Positions 28,193-38,611 of a DNA stretch of 64,000 bases are shown one piece after another. The stretch comes from Zootoca vivipara (taxonomy: Eukaryota): positions 33,108,001 to 33,172,000 of the forward strand of contig NC_083278.1 in NCBI RefSeq assembly GCF_963506605.1, in the 5' to 3' direction. Numbering within the stretch: position 1 is the stretch's first letter; every line of letters starts with the position of its first letter. A program made the translations under genes and the position numbers. The notes under the pieces were generated by a model. It was not told where the DNA came from. It saw only the letters and a list, made by a program, of their open reading frames with translations, and did not search any database.

Positions 28193-28368
28193 GAAGCTGA
28201 GACAGGGCAATGGGAGCTCACAGTGTCACGCGGATTCGAACTGCCGACCTTTCAATTGGCAAGCCCAAGAGGCTCAATGGTTTAGACTACAGCACCACAC
28301 ACATCCCTAAGTAAGAGTAAGGTACTATAGAAGCCGCATTGGCTCCATTACTATTTGTATGCTTAGAC

Positions 28369-28500
28369 TAGGGATGATGAACCTGTGGCCCTCCGGATAT
28401 TGTTGGACTTTCATCAGATTCAGCCATCATGGCCAGTGGTCAGGAATGATGCAAATTGTGGTCTAACAACATCTGGAGGGCCACAGGTTTCCGATCTCCA
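28369..28500. mobile_element. Palindromic hAT-type MITE (diverged)
   Basis: Arms AACCTGTGGCCCTCCGGAT / ATCTGGAGGGCCACAGGTT; 8-bp TSD GCTTAGAC / GCTTAGAT. Confidence 0.8.
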
Positions 28501-29022
28501 GCTTAGATCGTTTCTGTAGTATCATTTTATTTTATTTGTCCCCTGCATATTAACAGGTGAATTATTCACCCCAAGTATAGTTTTGTAAAGTATGTTTTAT
28601 TTCCCCAATAAAAATGTGTATTTGAAAATCGTAACAGATAAATCTCTTATAATAATGGGAAACAAAGTCAGCTGGCAGATCAAAGCAGTTCTTAAAAATA
28701 ATAATTATTGGATTGTTTATTTTAGCAGCAGGGCAAATTTATCATTTGGAGTGCTCCCCCCAGTATACATACTCGAGATAAATGGTCCAAAATGAAATTA
28801 AATTGAGCTTCCAAACATTTTTTAAAATTACCTCTCTGCTTCAATGGGAAAAAAGTTTGCATTTACTGAACTCCTTATGAATAGTGTTCTGCTGATATAC
28901 ATTTTTTTTAAAATGATAATCTCGCCCTTCCCCTAAATTGAGACCGGTTTACAAGTCTCTTACCTGCATTGGTCTCTCTCACACACACACATACTCTCAT
29001 GTTTCTTATTTCAGTGGCTGTA

Positions 29023-29300
29023 CAGTGGAACCTTGGTTTATGAACACCTCGGTTTACGAATTTTCGGTTTACGAACGCCACGGACCCACCTGGAACGGAT
29101 TAATTCACTTTCCATTACTTTCAATGGGAAAGTTCACTTCAGTTTATGAACGCTTCAGTTTAAGTACTCCGCGGACCGTCTGGAACAGATTAATCCACTT
29201 TCCATTACTTTCAATGGGAAAGTTCACTTCAGTTTATGAACACTTCAGTTTATGAACAGACTTCCGGAACCAATTGTGTTCATAAACCGAGGTACCACTG
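29023..29300. mobile_element. pogo/Tigger-like MITE (TTTATGAAC family, 2 internal modules)
   Basis: TIRs CAGTGGAACCTTGGTTTATGAACAC / TGTTCATAAACCGAGGTACCACTG, TA flanks. Confidence 0.9.
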
Positions 29301-29314
29301 TATCTGAGTTACAG

Positions 29315-30136
29315 GTTACAGGGAGAACATGGCTCCCTTGTTGCAACAGCTCAACTGGCTGTTTCCAGGCTCAATTCAAAAAGCTGCTTGTCACCTATAA
29401 AGCCCTATATGGTCCAGGCTACCTGACCATATGAACCTGGTCAGACTATCTCTGGTGAAGGTGCTTCTCTCTGTCCTGCTACCCTCATAGCTATGTTTGG
29501 TGGGAATTCAGGAGAGGGGCTTCTGGGTGGCAGCTCCCAGTCTTGGGAAAACCCTTCTTAAGAGAATCTAGATTGGCTCTCTCCTTTCTGCCAGCAGGGG
29601 ATGATTGTTTTATTCTGGCAAGCTTTTGGGGAACTGGCTGCTTTTTTTTAAAAAAAAGGGCTCTTAATAGTGTATGGTACTGCCCCAACCACCGCATCTG
29701 CATTTTTATATATTCCTTTATAGATAAAAAGGAAATAACCTAACATTTTACAGTGGTGCCTCGACTTATGAATTTAATCCGTTCTGAAGGCACCTTCGTA
29801 GGTCGAAAAATTCATAAGTCGAAAAATGCCATTGGAAACGTAATTTCCCATAGGAATGCATTGCAAACGGAAAAATCCGTAAGTCGAAGCAACCCTATCT
29901 AAAAAGTCGAAAAATCCCTATCTAAAACCACCACAGTTTTCTTTCGGATGTCGAGACATTCGTAAGCGCGCGGCCATTACCCCCATTCATAAGTCGAAAA
30001 ATTCAGTTGTCGAGTCGTTCGTAAGTCGAGGTATCACTGCATATGTTTTTTACCTGTGTGTTTTATTTGTATTTGGTTTAATTTGTGTGAAAAGCCTTGA
30101 GTCCTGGTTCTCAACGAAAGGCAGGATATTAAAATT

Positions 30137-30170
<34 letters not shown>
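29315..30170 (+). mobile_element. L2 LINE 3' fragment with (AAT)n tail, interrupted by the MITE at 29751
   Basis: PLLQQLNWL..QAQFKKLLVTYKALYGPGYL motif; 3' end AAGCCTTGAGTCC...GAAAGGCAGGATATTAAAAT followed by (AAT)n at 30139-30170. Confidence 0.65.
29751..30039. mobile_element. pogo/Tigger-like MITE (AAGTCGA family)
   Basis: TIRs CAGTGGTGCCTCGACTTATGAA / TTCGTAAGTCGAGGTATCACTG; TA on the left, CA on the right. Confidence 0.85.
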
Positions 30171-30213
30171 TAGGAAGAAGAAGCCAGTTTCCCCTCCCTC
30201 TCCTTTGCTCATA

Positions 30214-30640
30214 CAGTGGTACCTCGGTTTATGAACACAATTGGTTCCGGAAGTCTGTTCATAAACTGAAGCGTTCATAAACTGAAGCGAACTTTCCCAT
30301 TGAAAGTAATGGAAAGTGGATTAATCTGTTCCAGACGGTCCGTGGAGTACTTAAACTGAAGCGTTCATAAACTGAAGCGAACTTTCCCATTGGAAGTAAT
30401 GGAAAGTGGATTAATCTGTTCCAGACGGGTCCGCGGAGTACTCAACCTGAAGCGTACTTAACCCGAAGCATGGGTGTAATTGGTTCCGGAAGTCTGTTCA
30501 TAAACTGAAGCGTTCATAAACTGAAGCGAACTTTCCCATTAAAAGTAATGGAAAGTGAATTAATCCGTTCCGGATGGGTCCGCGGCGTTCATAAACCGAA
30601 AATTCATAAACCGAGGTGTTCATAAACCGAGGTTCCACTG
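30214..30640. mobile_element. pogo/Tigger-like MITE (TTTATGAAC family, 3 internal modules), inverted relative to 29023
   Basis: TIRs CAGTGGTACCTCGGTTTATGAACAC / GTGTTCATAAACCGAGGTTCCACTG, TA flanks. Confidence 0.9.
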
Positions 30641-30650
30641 TATATTGTAT

Positions 30651-30655
<5 letters not shown>

Positions 30656-30734
<79 letters not shown>
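30656..30734. repeat. Compound (CT)n(CA)n microsatellite
   Basis: Directly visible. Confidence 0.95.
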
Positions 30735-30736
<2 letters not shown>

Positions 30737-32192
30737 GAGCCCTGATGGGGTCACACTGAATGTCAGTCTTGTGCAGCAGCTAGCTTCTCTCAGAGACCAA
30801 CCATATGATTCTCAAAAGCCCCATAAAGGGACTCAAATGCAACAGCTGGAATGGTTGTCACTGAAAGAGGCAGTTCTGGGAGTGGAGGAACCTAGTGACA
30901 GCCCAGTAAAACAAAGAGGGGCAGTGGCGTGTTTGTGCAAGCCAATTTTGCGCCTCTAATCTTCTGCACCTGAACCCAAGACAATCTACAGTAGAATAGG
31001 CAAGACTTTCCTCTAAATATACTAAACAGGGCAGAGCCCTTCAGCTGGGCACCTGGCAGTTCATCTTATTTTCTTTGGGGTTGGGGCAATAGAAGAATGC
31101 TGAGCAAACTCACAGCGAATCTTTGAGTGTTTTAACAGTCGTAGGGACATTATGCTGTATATTCTCCAACCCGTTTGTGGAAGACTTTTGCAAACAGAAC
31201 ATAAACAAAAATATGCCCTTGATGTGTTATCTGAACAGCACACAAAATGTTAAGAAAACAAATGTACATTTGGTTGACTTGTATGTTTGCCATTTTCAAA
31301 ATAATCACATGTACTGTACTATGAAAACAGGGAGCTTCTTTTTTTGGAGGGGGGGGGGTAGGGATGCTACACTAAGCAGTACTTGCCATTTCCCCCTGTT
31401 AAAGCCAGCAAATGTAGGTTGTTAATGCCAGCATAACTCCACAAAGGGCTTTATTTCATCATAATTGCTAGTTATTTTGCTACATGCAGAAGGATGAAAA
31501 TGCCCTTTACAATTCTGGTTGGAGGCTTTGAAGTCACAATTATGTCTACAAATTGTAATCATGTGAAGAAGCCTACATTCGGATAGGAAAGACATGAGGA
31601 AAAATGAAGATTGATGGTTACAGGATTCTCTAAAAATAAAACATATTGCTAAGCATTAGGGATGGGCAGAGCAGCTTATCTCATTCCATTTAGGGCTCCC
31701 TGGCATCATTCATAGGTCTGTTCTATGCCATTCCATCCAGCTGCATGCCATTGTACACAATTGGCATGTATTTTATGTATTTTAAAATGCTGATGTTCAG
31801 AGTTTGTAACATCACAGAGAAATCCTAAACCTCACAACTAGATTTGCTTCTAGATGTGTCATCAGCAGGAGTAGGACTTGAAGCATCCAGGAGGCATTCA
31901 AGACATTGAAGGGCAGCCCTGGATCTGCCAGATCTAAGGTTGCCTCATTCCAGTCTCCTGGATTCCAGAGCCCATGAATTGGGCCATCAACCGACTCCAT
32001 GCTGGAGCTGAAGGAGGTACTTTCTCTCCTATTAGTGCCACTCAGAGGGGAAATAGTAGGGAAAAAAAGAAAACAATGACCGGGGAGGGAAAATAAAAGG
32101 TTGTCTCCCAACTGCTATCCTGATTCTGTTGCAGACTTCTACACATACACACTATGTAACACTATCACAATAACAACACACATCCCTTTCAT

Positions 32193-32899
32193 CATGGGTC
32201 GGCAAACTAAGGCCTGTGGGCTGGATCAGGCCCAATTGCCTTCTAGATCCGGCCCGGGGATCACCCCGGGGATTGCCAGTGCGTGCATTTTCCCCCTCTC
32301 CCTCCTTCTCCCTCACACGGCGGCGCTTTTCTCCTCAGCGCTGTGAAGGGGGCATGTGACGCCGGCTGCTGGCTGCTGTTGCATTTTCCTCCCTCTTCCT
32401 CAGTCCACCCTTCCTTCCTACTCTGCAGCCCCTTTCTGTGCCACTTCCTCGCATGCTTTCTTCATCGCCACCTGTCTGCCTGCCTCTTTCATTCCTCCCA
32501 TGGCATTCAGGCGGGTTGTTGTGGTGGCTGCAGCCGCTGCTTGCGGGTTGGCGAACAGCTCTGTTTTCTGCGGTGCCTCTTGGGAATCAGCAGCAGGTGG
32601 TGGGTAAAAGCTCTGGCGATGCCCCGGTTCCCCTACCTCTGTCCACAGCTCCTCCACTGGGGCTGCTGCTTCTGTTTTCGCCTGCCAACACAGCCTCCTA
32701 CACCGCCATGGTGCCTGCCTAGCTGGAGAAGCCCAACAGCAGCTATTAGGACGACAACTGGGACAGGTAAATTGAAGCATCTTCTAGCCTCTTTGTGGGC
32801 TGGCGAAAATTGTTCATCCCCCCCCCCTCCCAATATATAATCCACAAGGTCTGAGGAACAGTGGACCGGCTCCCTGCTGAAAAAGTTTGCTGACCCCTG
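32193..32899. mobile_element. Non-autonomous hAT (Charlie/OC1-like) element
   Basis: Ends CATGGGTCGGCAAACT / AGTTTGCTGACCCCTG, subterminal GGCCC..GGATCCGGCCC-type motifs; 8-bp TSD CCTTTCAT / GCTTTCAT. Confidence 0.85.
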
Positions 32900-34384
32900 G
32901 CTTTCATTAACAGATTGTGCATTAGGTTGAAATGAAGTTGAAAACACTTTAATGTATACTTGTTGGTTTTTGGCTTGGTTAAGGTATAAGTAGGTGAGAG
33001 AATCCCAGCAGAGCTTAAGAATCATAAAATAGGCAGCAAAGTCGAGTGTGGAAATATAGGCTATTAGACCTGCAAAATATCCCCTTCTAAGCAGCTTCCA
33101 AAGTTCCCCTTTTTGGAAAGTTCCCCTTCCATGCTAAACTTACCACACACTGACCCAGATTGAACCTCGCCCACAGTACCCTTCCATCTGACACATACCC
33201 TCACCATTCCTCCTCAGTCCCTCCTCTTTGGTCAGCCGTATTTGCAAGCTGCACCCATGTTTACGGTATAAACATAAATGAAAGCAGACGTAGTGCATTA
33301 TAGACTCAGCACCTTATTAACTGTGCAGTATGCTTCCTTGACATCACAGCATTGCTGTTCAGCGGCAAAGCTATCCTCCCCTGCCCCAAATATAGGAAAC
33401 ATCTCAGGATTTGCATGGTTACTTGAAAATAAGCCGCAGTTAGCACAATGGGACTATGTCCATTCATGCTTAGGCTGAATTCTATACATGTTTATCAGTG
33501 TCAATACAGGACCAACAAAGGATTGGGTGCTGGTTTCAGGTAATGGTCATCAAGCATTCCTTGTGGAACATGTTGTTTACTTCCATCAGGTGACACTGTT
33601 AAAGGACGAATAAATAAATTTTGCTAAGGTTTCCATTAATATTTAATAGTAACATGTCAAAGAGCATTCTTGGCAGATCAGAATGGCAGCTAACTGACAA
33701 AAGCAGAGTCAATTGCAGCCGGGGCAGTTTTAGCACTGGCTTAATTGAATTAGGAGCCCCACTGACTTTGTCTTGCTTTGCGAACAGCATTGAAAGCACA
33801 ACTCAAAGACCCACAGCCCTTGCATCATGAAGGACAAATGACACAGGAGAGATATGTGAGAACTGCCCTAAATTAAATCAGTGTGAAGTCAGGAAAACAG
33901 CATTTATTTCAGTAGCGTGCTCTGGTTTGATACCAGTATAACTGAAAGTGAAATTATATAGCACACTTCTAATTTAATAAATTGAGAGCCTAAGTATTGA
34001 AGTCGACAGTATATAAGAGTCATACTTTCCACTCATTGCCTTTGGAATTTTTGCTAATGTTTTCTGGCATGATTATATAGCTGGTTCCTCAAATTATATA
34101 GCAAATATTAAGGAGAAAGTTTTGACAGTCTATTTCCCCCCTCCCCTTTCTTCATTTCATAATCGTTCCGTCACCATCATGCTGATGGGCGGTTTTTATC
34201 TCTTTAAGGTTTTACTCGAAGGCATTTTTTTTTTGTTGAATGTGAGGCACATTTGCTCCAGGCTTGAGCTGAACAAAGCATTTAATTAGAGCAGACAGAA
34301 AATAGGTTTTCTGAGCTCACAGAACATATCTGCAATTTCTAATTGTGAGAGATCTTAGCATATGAACTTTTAAGAAAGCATGTA

Positions 34385-34660
34385 CAGTGGAACCTCGGTT
34401 TATGAACACCTCGGTTTATGAATTTTCGGTTTATGAACGCCGCGGACCCATCTGGAACGGATTAATTCACTTTCCATTACTTTTAATGGGAAAGTTCGCT
34501 TCAGTTTATGAACGCTTCAGTTTATGAACAGACTTCCGGAACCAATTACACCCATGTTTCGGTTTATGAACGCTTCAGTTTAAGTACTTCGCGGACCCGT
34601 CTGCGAAGTTTATGAACAGACTTCCGGAACCAATTGTGTTCATAAACCGAGGTACCACTG
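34385..34660. mobile_element. pogo/Tigger-like MITE (TTTATGAAC family, 1 internal module)
   Basis: TIRs CAGTGGAACCTCGGTTTATGAACAC / TGTTCATAAACCGAGGTACCACTG, TA flanks. Confidence 0.9.
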
Positions 34661-35175
34661 TATTCAATATATAGCCATGATTTTGAATATATGCATTGCT
34701 TCCATTTCTACAATTCTGTAATGATCTCCGCTCTCAGGCTCACGATCTATTTTTTTTTTTAAAAAAAGAACACATGAGGAAAAAGGCATGGGAGGGCCTT
34801 GTGATGCTGTCAAATTGTCTCACTCTCATGTGCAGACCCAACCAGCTTTGACAAGCTAGATGTTGGCTCTAATGAAAAGCCACACTGATAGATAGATGTT
34901 GCTAAAAATATGTTTCACTTTCTTGGTGTGACTTCCTCAGTAAAATTGCCCCTAAAATGAGAAATCATGGCTTCATTTCTGGCCTCTTGTAGAGTTACAT
35001 TTCATAGTCCAAAGAAAGAAAATCCCTTGGCTGGACTTATGGTTGAGCAGGCTCCAAAGACCTGAGCTCTTAAGCATCTGGCAGTGCAGAGATCTCCGTC
35101 AGGAAGAAAATCCAAAACCACAGTGTTGTAATCTCTAGGTGTGTGTTCCACCACAGATCCCTTGGCATGTAGAGC

Positions 35176-35706
35176 TCAGCAGGACCACATCTTCCTCTTC
35201 TTCCTACCCACATCCAGAATATGTCTGACTGGCAGAGAAGTGTTTGAACAGCACATTGGTTGGGCACTTGTGTGTCTTCCTCCTCTGTATGAACTACTCA
35301 CTCTGTCTGCTGCACTGATCTTTTTGCTAAAGCAGCCCTTTGAGTGTTTTCTCTCTATCACCCCAAAGAAGATGTACAAGCCTCCTACGGCAAAGTGTTG
35401 AACGATGCCCCTGTCCAGCAGTGGCAAGTCTTCAACATTTATCTGTCCTGAAGGATTTATAGTTCTCAGTGGAGAAACGAAATGCGAGATAAGAGACGCG
35501 ATACAAAATAGACCTTGAGAAGCAACTGAAAATGAAGAGGAGCAATGTGTGCAGCCTTGGGTGTGGAGCCACTGGTGAAATATATATTTTCTAGTTATGT
35601 TTTCTTCTTCATAACTCAAAGCAGACATTGCAGTGGCTATTACTGGGCGAAACTTATCACATTCATTACGAAGTCCAGCCCTTTCCTCACCTCCACATTC
35701 TGCCAT
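35176..35706 (-). other. Unidentified 176-aa ORF / candidate exon in apparently non-repetitive DNA
   Basis: ATG in a strong Kozak context (ACAACATGG) 24 nt downstream of a strong acceptor TTTTTTATTCTTCTTCCAG; longest ORF outside recognised repeats; no recognisable homology. Confidence 0.2.
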
Positions 35707-37300
35707 GTTGTGTATATATGCAGAAAGCTGCTGGAAGAAGAATAAAAAAGGCAGCACATTATCTGAGTATTCCAGGCCTAACGCCCGAGATAAAATCACG
35801 GCTGACCTTTAACCATAGACTCTGGGGTTTAAATTATTCTATTTTCTCTGCAGTCTAGCATGCCGGACTTATCTCCTGGTGGTTCATAATTCTGATCTCT
35901 CTAGGTGGCCTGGAGAAAGTCATTATCTTTCCTCTTCATTCTTCCATCCGGTCTGAAGTCACGATCCAAGATGCCAAACTGTCTACAATCCAAGAGGCCG
36001 AGCAAAGCAGATTTGCTCTTCTCCAGACCCCGTTGCTGCTGCTGCTGGGTGCGCAGATAGAACTCGTTCAGAGTAATTCATTTCTGATATATATTTTTTC
36101 CCCATAGGACTTTTCTGCTAATAACCAACCTCCTTACCTCAACCTAAGATTAGCCCTAGGATGGTTTATCTCTGAACTGCTACGGATCTGTCTCTCTGAT
36201 TGCTGAGAGGGCTTCTCATCCTCAAAACAAGTGAGGTGGGTTTTAAGATGTGTGGCTACAATAGAAATTCACACGCACAGGGAAAGTCCCACGGCACCAA
36301 AGCAGCGTTTTGAAAAAGAAGAAGATCCTAATTCATGCGATGAGAAGATGAGAGATCAGCCCAATTTTCAGAATGCTCTTCTGGTATATGCCCTATCAGA
36401 AATGAACAAGCAACACTCTAAATGGATTGCTTTGAGGTTTGGAAACAAAAAGATCAAGAATTGTATAACCTGATGAGCAAAGCTTTGCCTTTTCTTTTTG
36501 TTTTTAAATGCACCTGCAAAGGTTAGCTTCCTTTATCCAAAGAAGCTTAGATCTGCTTGGCGGGCAAACATGATGAATATAAAATATGAACGTGGAACAG
36601 AATACCGAGTGATGTGTGCTGCTTTATTTGTCAATGTGTCAATGGATATACATAATCCAAGGGATCAATGGATTTTCAAAGGTGCTGTTTAAATACCAAA
36701 TGGGAGCTGCTCTGCAGAGGGTCCCAACATTTATAAAATAGATAAATGAACTAAGTATATTGGGTGTGGAACATCTGTGTAGGTCTTTCTCATGTACTTT
36801 CTGCCATTAGGAGTAATTTTAATTGATTATATGTATTGTGTTGTGTTGTTTTTAAAAAAAACTCTTTATCTATACTGCTTAGAAATTTTGGTGATCAAGT
36901 CTATAAATAGCTTAAATAAAGCAAAGAAATACTAAGAACCCTCCCTCCTGGTGGAAGGTAATTCTACAGGTGGGACCCCTATTCTTGAGACCCCATATCT
37001 TTTGCTTGGCACATTACTGTATTTTACAGAATGTACCATATCTACTGCTTAGCTGTAACTAAAAACTGCTTTCCAAAGAATATAAAATATACATTAAAAT
37101 GGTCAAAAACAAAGTTGAAAACAAGCTTTTAGTTAATAAATATATAAGAATAAAAACGGTTAAAACATATATTTTATAAACTAGCATTACAGATTAAAAT
37201 ATATGTGTATCAGCTTTGCATATCTGGGTAGACTTACTGTGGCGTTTGCCCATTCTTTGGGAATAGGACTGTGTAGGCAGAGATAAAAGGGTTAACAAGC

Positions 37301-37752
37301 CAGGGCCATCTTAACCATATCTGGCGCCCTGGTGCAAAGATCCCTCCAGTGCCCCCCGTGAGTGAGGTGGGCAGGAGGGGCGCGCGGGGAGCTGAAAGGT
37401 GCGGAGGAGGTGGCCTCAGGCTCCTGCTCCCCGTGCGAAGCTCCGGAGGCGCGCGGGGAGCACGAGCCTGGGGCCGCCGCGCTGCGCCTCTCAGCTGTTC
37501 AGGCGGCCCCAGGCTAGCGCTCCCCGCGCACCTCTGGAGAGCGGCCTGAAGCCGCTCAACAGCTGAGACAGAGGCGCGGCAGAGGCGGCCCCAGGCTTGC
37601 GTTCCCCGCGTGCCTCCGGAGAGCTGCCTGAAGCTGCTCAACAGCAGAGGCGCACGGAGGCAGACACCAGCGTTCAGTGCCCCTTCCGCGCCCCTGATGG
37701 CCAGGTGCCCTGGCGCCTTGTGCCACCCAGCCCGGGCCTAGGGATGGCCCTG
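37301..37752. mobile_element. GC-rich hAT MITE nested in the LTR
   Basis: TIR CAGGGCCATC / GATGGCCCTG; perfect 8-bp TSD TAACAAGC (37293-37300 / 37753-37760). Confidence 0.9.
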
Positions 37753-37807
37753 TAACAAGCTGACCAATAGGAGGCAGGGCTTATTTGCTTTAAGCCTCAG
37801 CCCAAGG

Positions 37808-38088
37808 CAAAGTTGCCAAGTCTCCCATTTTTCACGGGAAACCCCCGTATTTTAAACCGTTTCTCACTGGCAGCCCGGATTGGGAAAAATCCCTTAAATC
37901 CCCCAGATTTCCTACCTGCCAGGGAGGCTCCATTTTGGGTCCTGGCGCAGCCTGATTTCCGGTTCGCAGACATCGGTAGCGCGGCATCGGAAGTTGCTTC
38001 TATGCATGTCTGGACATGCATAGAAGTGAGTTCCAGTGCTGCGCCACTGCTGATCCTGCATTTTTCAGCGGAAGACTTGGCAGCTATG
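37808..38088. mobile_element. hAT-type MITE nested in the LTR
   Basis: TIR CAAAGTTGCCAAGT / ACTTGGCAGCTATG; degenerate 8-bp TSD GCCCAAGG / GCCCGGGG. Confidence 0.75.
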
Positions 38089-38611
38089 GCCCGGGGGGGG
38101 GGGGAGTTAGCAGTTGGCAGTTAGCAATTGGTGTTTGGGAGCTGTGAGGGTTGGTGTGTGGATCTTTGTGGTGGGGAGCTAGAGGAGTTAGAGAGAGTTG
38201 AAGACAGGCATAAGACTAAGAAGATAAAGTGTAACAGTGTATCAAATATCTAAAACTTGTTGTTTGAAATAAACTCTTAATATTCTTTGTTAACTTTAAT
38301 CCTGACTGGGACTCAATGTTTTACCAGGGGATCCTGGTTGGTGGCAGTGGAATAGTGGTGTACAGGTTAATAGTCCTTGAAACGACCGGATCAACACACT
38401 TACCTATACCGAAAGGTTTTTAGCATGCTTCAAAGATAATAAAAGGAAGGTGCTGGCTTAATGTCAATGGGCAGGGAGTTCTGCAGGAGCTGCCAAATGT
38501 GGAACAGAAATTATGTGTTATTTGCAAGTGTGCCAGTTCCACATATCAAAATAGTTGAGTTGGGCTATATTCAGTAAGGTGTTTTTTTTTAAGCTGTTAA
38601 GGCTCTTATAT

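Larger units (their letters stand above)
26661..28307 (-). mobile_element. Sauria SINE split by a nested insertion (pieces 26661-26935 and 28193-28307)
   Basis: Tail and body at 26661-26935, tRNA-like head at 28193-28307; flanked by TAAGAGTAA at 26656-26664 and 28312-28320. Confidence 0.85.
37238..38398 (+). mobile_element. Solo LTR (~410 bp after removing two nested MITEs) inserted in an L2 remnant
   Basis: TGTG...CACA termini; perfect 5-bp TSD CTTAC (37233-37237 / 38399-38403); CCAAT near 37764, AATAAA near 38268. Confidence 0.8.

Noticed and set aside
29023-30640. Regularly recurring TTTATGAAC and AAGTCGA motifs resembling a CRISPR array
   Set aside because: They are internal subrepeats of TIR-bounded MITEs in eukaryotic DNA; there are no unique spacers and no cas genes.
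37234-37752. 135-aa ORF / CpG island
   Set aside because: It coincides with a hAT MITE that has TIRs and an 8-bp TSD.
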